This document shows, piece by piece, positions 16,457 through 19,892 of a stretch of 19,892 nucleotides of DNA (positions are counted from its first letter, which is position 1; each line of letters opens with the position of its first letter). The stretch is from Myxococcales bacterium (lineage in GTDB: Bacteria > Myxococcota > Myxococcia > Myxococcales > Anaeromyxobacteraceae). The stretch spans positions 1 through 19,892 of the forward strand of contig JBBQEB010000064.1 of the NCBI GenBank assembly GCA_038320275.1, in the 5' to 3' direction. The notes below the pieces were generated by a model that had not been told where the DNA came from, made no database searches, and saw only the letters and a list, made by a program, of their open reading frames with translations. Made by a program: the position numbers and the translations under genes.

Positions 16457-17110
16457 TCAGAACGTGTAGCGCACCGTGGGCGTGACCGCGACGCCGAAGG
16501 CCTTTGCCTTCTTCACGTACGCGAGGTCCGTCGCGAGCCCCACCGAGAAGTGGCGGAGGCGCGTGTAGTACTCCACGCCGGGGCCCCCGGCGAGGTAGAG
16601 GTCGCTCGTCCCGAAGAGCCCCTCCGGCCGCGTCAGCAGGTAGCCGCCGCGCCCGTGCAGGTAGATGAAGAGGCGCTCCACCTCGTTGGCGTCGCGCGCC
16701 CGCAGGATCGCGAGCCGGAGGTCGCCGCCGGCCGAGAGCGTGCTGAAGGCACCGTAGGACCGGCTGGCCGCGGAGCTCGCGCCGAGCGCGTACAGGGCGA
16801 CCGCGAAGCGGGTGGTGATGTCATAGCCGAGCGTGGCCCCCACGAGGAAGCCGCTGGAACGGCCCCCGCCCTCCCCGGCGAAGGGAAACTTCACCTTGTC
16901 GGCGGTGGGCGTCTTGAAGAGGCCGAGGTAGCCCACCTCGAAGCCGGTGAACAGCCCGCGTTCCACGTCGTTGAAGCGGGCCCGGCGCGGATCGTCGGCG
17001 AGGGGCGGGGCCGCCTCCTGGGCGCGCGCGGCGCCCGGCAGCGAGGCCAGCGCGAGCGCTGCGAGGAGGCCGAGGCGCGCGCCCCGCGCGCCTGCCATGT
17101 CGGAGCTCAT
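16457..17110 (-). CDS. cglE: Adventurous gliding outer-membrane beta-barrel protein CglE (GltH)
   Basis: Signal peptide (...LGLLAALALASLPGAARA|QE); alternating beta-strand pattern (GFLVGATLGYDI, LYLAGGPGVEYY); C-terminal beta-signal VTPTVRYTF; position after gltG. Possible ATGs at 17116, 17110 (AGGA 5 nt upstream) and 17098. Confidence 0.85.
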   Translation of the reverse strand: MSSDMAGARGARLGLLAALALASLPGAARAQEAAPPLADDPRRARFNDVERGLFTGFEVGYLGLFKTPTADKVKFPFAGEGGGRSSGFLVGATLGYDITTRFAVALYALGASSAASRSYGAFSTLSAGGDLRLAILRARDANEVERLFIYLHGRGGYLLTRPEGLFGTSDLYLAGGPGVEYYTRLRHFSVGLATDLAYVKKAKAFGVAVTPTVRYTF

Positions 17111-17117
17111 GGTCATC

Positions 17118-19151
17118 CTATCCGCCGCCCGTCGAGCCGGAGCTGCGCAGGATCCACGGATACTTCACGATGGCGATGCCTCCGCCCTTGGGCTTCGGGA
17201 ACTCCCAGGTGACGATGCGGCTCATGATGCAGCGCCCCACCTCGTCGTTCTGGAGCGTGGTCTCGCTCGCCTCCATCATGGGCCCCGAGGCCCGCCCGTC
17301 CGAGTTGATCTGCCAGCGGATGGAGACCTTGCCGGACAGCTTGGGATTGAGCGTGAGCTGCTGCTCGTAGCAGTAGCGCACCTGGTCCTGATGGTCGCGG
17401 ATGACCTTGCGGATGAGCTCGGGGTCGATGGCGCCCAGGATCTTCGTCTCTCCGGTCGAGATGGCCACGTCGCGGTCGCGCTTCGAGCCGAGGCCGCCCA
17501 CGCCGGAGCCGTACCCGCCCATCCCGCCGCCGCGGCCCTTGGTGCCGACCGCGCCGATGCCGATGGTCTCGCCGCTCCCGCCGCCGCCCGTGCCGTTGCC
17601 TTTGAGCCCCAGGCCGCCCACGCCGTAGCTGTCGCCCACCACCGGGCCGAACATGTTGCCCACGGCGCCCTTCAGGTCGCCGCCGAGCCCGCCCTTGCCG
17701 AAGACGGTGGAGAGCCCGCCGCTCTGCCCCTTGCCCTTCGACAGCGCCGCGAGCAGGCCCGAGTTCTTCACCAGCTCCTTCGCGTTGGGGTCGATGGCCT
17801 TGGGCGCGGAGCGGCCGTTCGTCTTGGGCGCGTCCCGCCGGCCCATCTGGCCTTCCTCGCCCTTGTGGCGCTCGGCCGCCTCGCCGGAACGCTCCTTCTT
17901 CAGGTCTTGCTTCAGCTTCTCGAGGTAGGGGTTCACCTTCGGCTGCGCCTCGGGCGCCTTCATGACGAACTTCGCCATGCGCTGCTGGCCCTTGGCGAGG
18001 TCGTCCTGCACCAGGTCGAGGTCGCGGGAGGTGGTCTTCGCCGCCACGATGAAGCCGCCCAGGAGGAACAGCAGCACGAGGAGGAGGTTCAGGTACCGGT
18101 AGTCGAGCTTCTCCCACCAGGGCACCACCGCTGGCTTGGGGGGGCGACGGTAGCAAGCCTCCACCCGAAGTCCCGAGCCCAGCTCGGCGCGCACCACGCC
18201 CTTGCGCGGCACCGAGACCGCGTGCGCGCCTTCGAAGGCGTCCTCCGGCACGGCCTTGCGGGACTTCACCAGCTCCGCGAAGGTCTGCACCGGCGAGCCG
18301 GGCCCCTCCACGATCCCGCCCAGCATGCTGGGGGTGAACGCGAAGCGGTAGTCGCCCGCCTCGTGGCGAAGGATGGGGAAGGCGCCCTCGGGGAAGTTCG
18401 GTCCCGCGACGCGGAAGGCGCAGCGGGAGTCGTCTCCCAGCAGCACCGGGGTCTTGGGGGCGACGAAGGTGCCCGCGTCGAGGAGCGTGTCGCCCCAGAG
18501 GATGCGCAGCTCGACGCCCAGGTCGGCGGCGCCGTCCTCGATGGGCTCCTCGTCGATGGAGCGCACCAGCGCCATGGCAGGGCGCGCGCGGGCCTTGGGG
18601 GGAGCGGGAGCGACCTCGGGCTCGATGGCGAGCGGCCGGGCGGCGCTGGCCGAGAGTCCGGCCGCGGTCGTGGCGGCCGGGGCGCGGTGCGCGCTTCCGT
18701 TCGCGTAGGCGCGCCCGTTCTTCCCGTGAGTGCCGTTCACCTTGGGAAAGGCCTGCACGGCGGGCGCGATGGCGGTGGCGCCCGCCGGCTTGCCGGAGGC
18801 GGGGGCGGCCGCAGGCAGCGCAGCGTTGGCGGCTGCGGGCGCCTCGGCGCCCTCGCCGTCGTCGAGCACGATGCGCAGGCCTCCCAGCTTGATCTCGTCG
18901 CCCGCCCGCAGCGCGCCCTTCGAGACGCGCTTTCCGTTGACGTAGGTTCCCTCGGCGCTCCCCATGTCGATGATGGAGATGTGCCCCTCGGGAGTGACCT
19001 CGATCACCGAGTGGATGCGCGAGATGCGGTCGTCCTCGAGGCACAGGTGTGCCGACGAGAGCCGCCCGATCTTGATGATCTCGCGGGTGAACTTCTCGGT
19101 GCGGACGAGCGCGTCGCCGCGGAAAACCTTGAGTGTGACCTGGGTGGGCAT
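17118..19151 (-). CDS. gltG: Adventurous gliding protein GltG (PglI): FHA domain, TM helix, Gly-rich periplasmic region, TonB-C-like domain
   Basis: FHA motifs IKIGR...ISRIH...DMGSAEGTYVNG; TM helix YLNLLLVLLFLLGGFIVAA; Gly-rich stretch; C-terminal IRKVIRDHQDQVRYCYEQQL...GKVSIRWQI...WEFPKPKGGGIAIVKYPW. ATG at 19151 preferred over the GTG at 19175, which overlaps the cglF stop. Confidence 0.9.
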   Translation of the reverse strand: MPTQVTLKVFRGDALVRTEKFTREIIKIGRLSSAHLCLEDDRISRIHSVIEVTPEGHISIIDMGSAEGTYVNGKRVSKGALRAGDEIKLGGLRIVLDDGEGAEAPAAANAALPAAAPASGKPAGATAIAPAVQAFPKVNGTHGKNGRAYANGSAHRAPAATTAAGLSASAARPLAIEPEVAPAPPKARARPAMALVRSIDEEPIEDGAADLGVELRILWGDTLLDAGTFVAPKTPVLLGDDSRCAFRVAGPNFPEGAFPILRHEAGDYRFAFTPSMLGGIVEGPGSPVQTFAELVKSRKAVPEDAFEGAHAVSVPRKGVVRAELGSGLRVEACYRRPPKPAVVPWWEKLDYRYLNLLLVLLFLLGGFIVAAKTTSRDLDLVQDDLAKGQQRMAKFVMKAPEAQPKVNPYLEKLKQDLKKERSGEAAERHKGEEGQMGRRDAPKTNGRSAPKAIDPNAKELVKNSGLLAALSKGKGQSGGLSTVFGKGGLGGDLKGAVGNMFGPVVGDSYGVGGLGLKGNGTGGGGSGETIGIGAVGTKGRGGGMGGYGSGVGGLGSKRDRDVAISTGETKILGAIDPELIRKVIRDHQDQVRYCYEQQLTLNPKLSGKVSIRWQINSDGRASGPMMEASETTLQNDEVGRCIMSRIVTWEFPKPKGGGIAIVKYPWILRSSGSTGGG

Positions 19152-19171
19152 CGGATTCTCGGCCTGCTCTC

Positions 19172-19426
19172 TCACATCTCCGCGGCGGCCTGCTTCACCT
19201 TGTCCCGCCAGTCTTCCCGGATCTTGATGAGGTTCGAGTGGTTCACGCGCTTGCGGGCTTCGACGTACTCGCCGTCAGGGCGCGTCAGGTCGCCCTGGAT
19301 GGTGTCGTCGTCGAAGTTGATGACCGTCTTCTTCTCGTATTCCACCCGCCCCTCCGGCGGCTTCTTCTCCTGACCCTGGGCGAGGAGAGGGATGGCGAGG
19401 GCCGCGAGGAGAATCGTCTTTCGCAT
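19172..19426 (-). CDS. cglF: Adventurous gliding protein CglF (GltF), 84 aa, secreted
   Basis: ATG at 19426 with GAAGG upstream; signal peptide MRKTILLAALAIPLLAQG; GltF-type motif YEKKTVINFDDDTIQGDLTRPDGEYV...SNLIKIREDW; position between gltE and gltG. Confidence 0.85.
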   Translation of the reverse strand: MRKTILLAALAIPLLAQGQEKKPPEGRVEYEKKTVINFDDDTIQGDLTRPDGEYVEARKRVNHSNLIKIREDWRDKVKQAAAEM

Positions 19427-19478
19427 GGAGGAACCTTCTCTCGACAGGAAGCCTAGCACCTTGATTGAGGGACACGAA

Positions 19479-19494
19479 AGCAACACCCGTGCCT
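19479..19494 (-). promoter_or_regulatory. Putative sigma54 (-24/-12) promoter upstream of cglF
   Basis: Minus strand reads AGGCACGGGTGTTGCT against the consensus TGGCACG-N4-TTGC(A/T), with exact GG-N10-GC spacing. It lies in the 75-nt lower-GC spacer, correctly oriented, about 50 nt before the cglF ATG. Confidence 0.65.
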
Positions 19495-19501
19495 ACTTTG
19501 C

Positions 19502-19891
19502 TCACCTGGTGGGGAGGGCTGCGCCCTTTGCCGCCACGCCCTCCGGGACGGGCGAGCTTCCGGAGCCGACGATGGCAGGGGTCGCGGCCTTGGGGGTCGC
19601 CGGGGGCACCGCCGTAGGAACCGCTGGCGCAGGGGCTTTCTTCGCCGCCTGGCGCTCCGCCTCCGCCTTCATCTCCCGCGCCGCCTCCTCCGCTTGCCGG
19701 TTGGCTGCCACGATGTCCATGCACTCCCGCTCCAGGCGCATGGCCGGCCCCTCGCTCGCGATGCCGGGCCCGGCCGCGAGCACGTAGCTCTTGAGCTCGG
19801 CCAGAGCTGGCTCGCACTGCTCCTTCGACTTCATGAAGACCACGCCTCGCGCGAGGTGCACCTCGGGGAGCTTGCCCCCCGACAGCTTGTC
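19502..19891 (-). CDS. gltE: C-terminal part of a TPR protein, probably gliding lipoprotein GltE (AglT); 5'-truncated
   Basis: Frame open to the window edge (DKLSGGKLPEVHLARGVVFMKSKEQCEPALAELKSYV..., TPR-like), then a charged helix and a Pro/Ala tail. Identity inferred mainly from synteny directly upstream of cglF. Confidence 0.6.
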   Translation of the reverse strand, partial: DKLSGGKLPEVHLARGVVFMKSKEQCEPALAELKSYVLAAGPGIASEGPAMRLERECMDIVAANRQAEEAAREMKAEAERQAAKKAPAPAVPTAVPPATPKAATPAIVGSGSSPVPEGVAAKGAALPTR

Positions 19892-19892
19892 C

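Noticed and set aside
17485..17735. GCC/CCG-rich quasi-repeats
   Set aside because: They encode the Gly-rich periplasmic region typical of GltG/PglI proteins and are not a DNA repeat or array.
19427..19486. N-terminal extension of the cglF ORF in the ORF track (104 aa from 19486)
   Set aside because: It overlaps the putative sigma54 site. The ATG at 19426 has an RBS and begins a clean signal peptide.

Overview
Very GC-rich myxobacterial DNA (Anaeromyxobacter-like by gene content and composition; inference). Most of the window is a minus-strand Agl-Glt adventurous-gliding cluster in the Myxococcus order: gltE (3' end only), cglF/gltF, gltG, cglE/gltH, gltI/agmK (about 4,000-aa TPR solenoid) and gltJ/agmX. 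It is followed after a 16-nt gap by a 362-aa uncharacterised protein (probably TIGR04552 family), which converges on a MEMO1/AmmeMemoRadiSam protein B gene. Four observations stand out. (1) The last gene of the cluster carries all the RelA/SpoT synthetase motifs in order, with substitutions at the guanine-acceptor site. (2) A near-consensus internal sigma54 promoter lies just upstream of cglF. (3) GltI has a regular super-repeat of about 308 aa. (4) GltI ends in what looks like a catalytically dead M48-type zincin domain. No RNA genes, mobile elements or CRISPR arrays were seen. All family assignments are by motif recognition, not database search.
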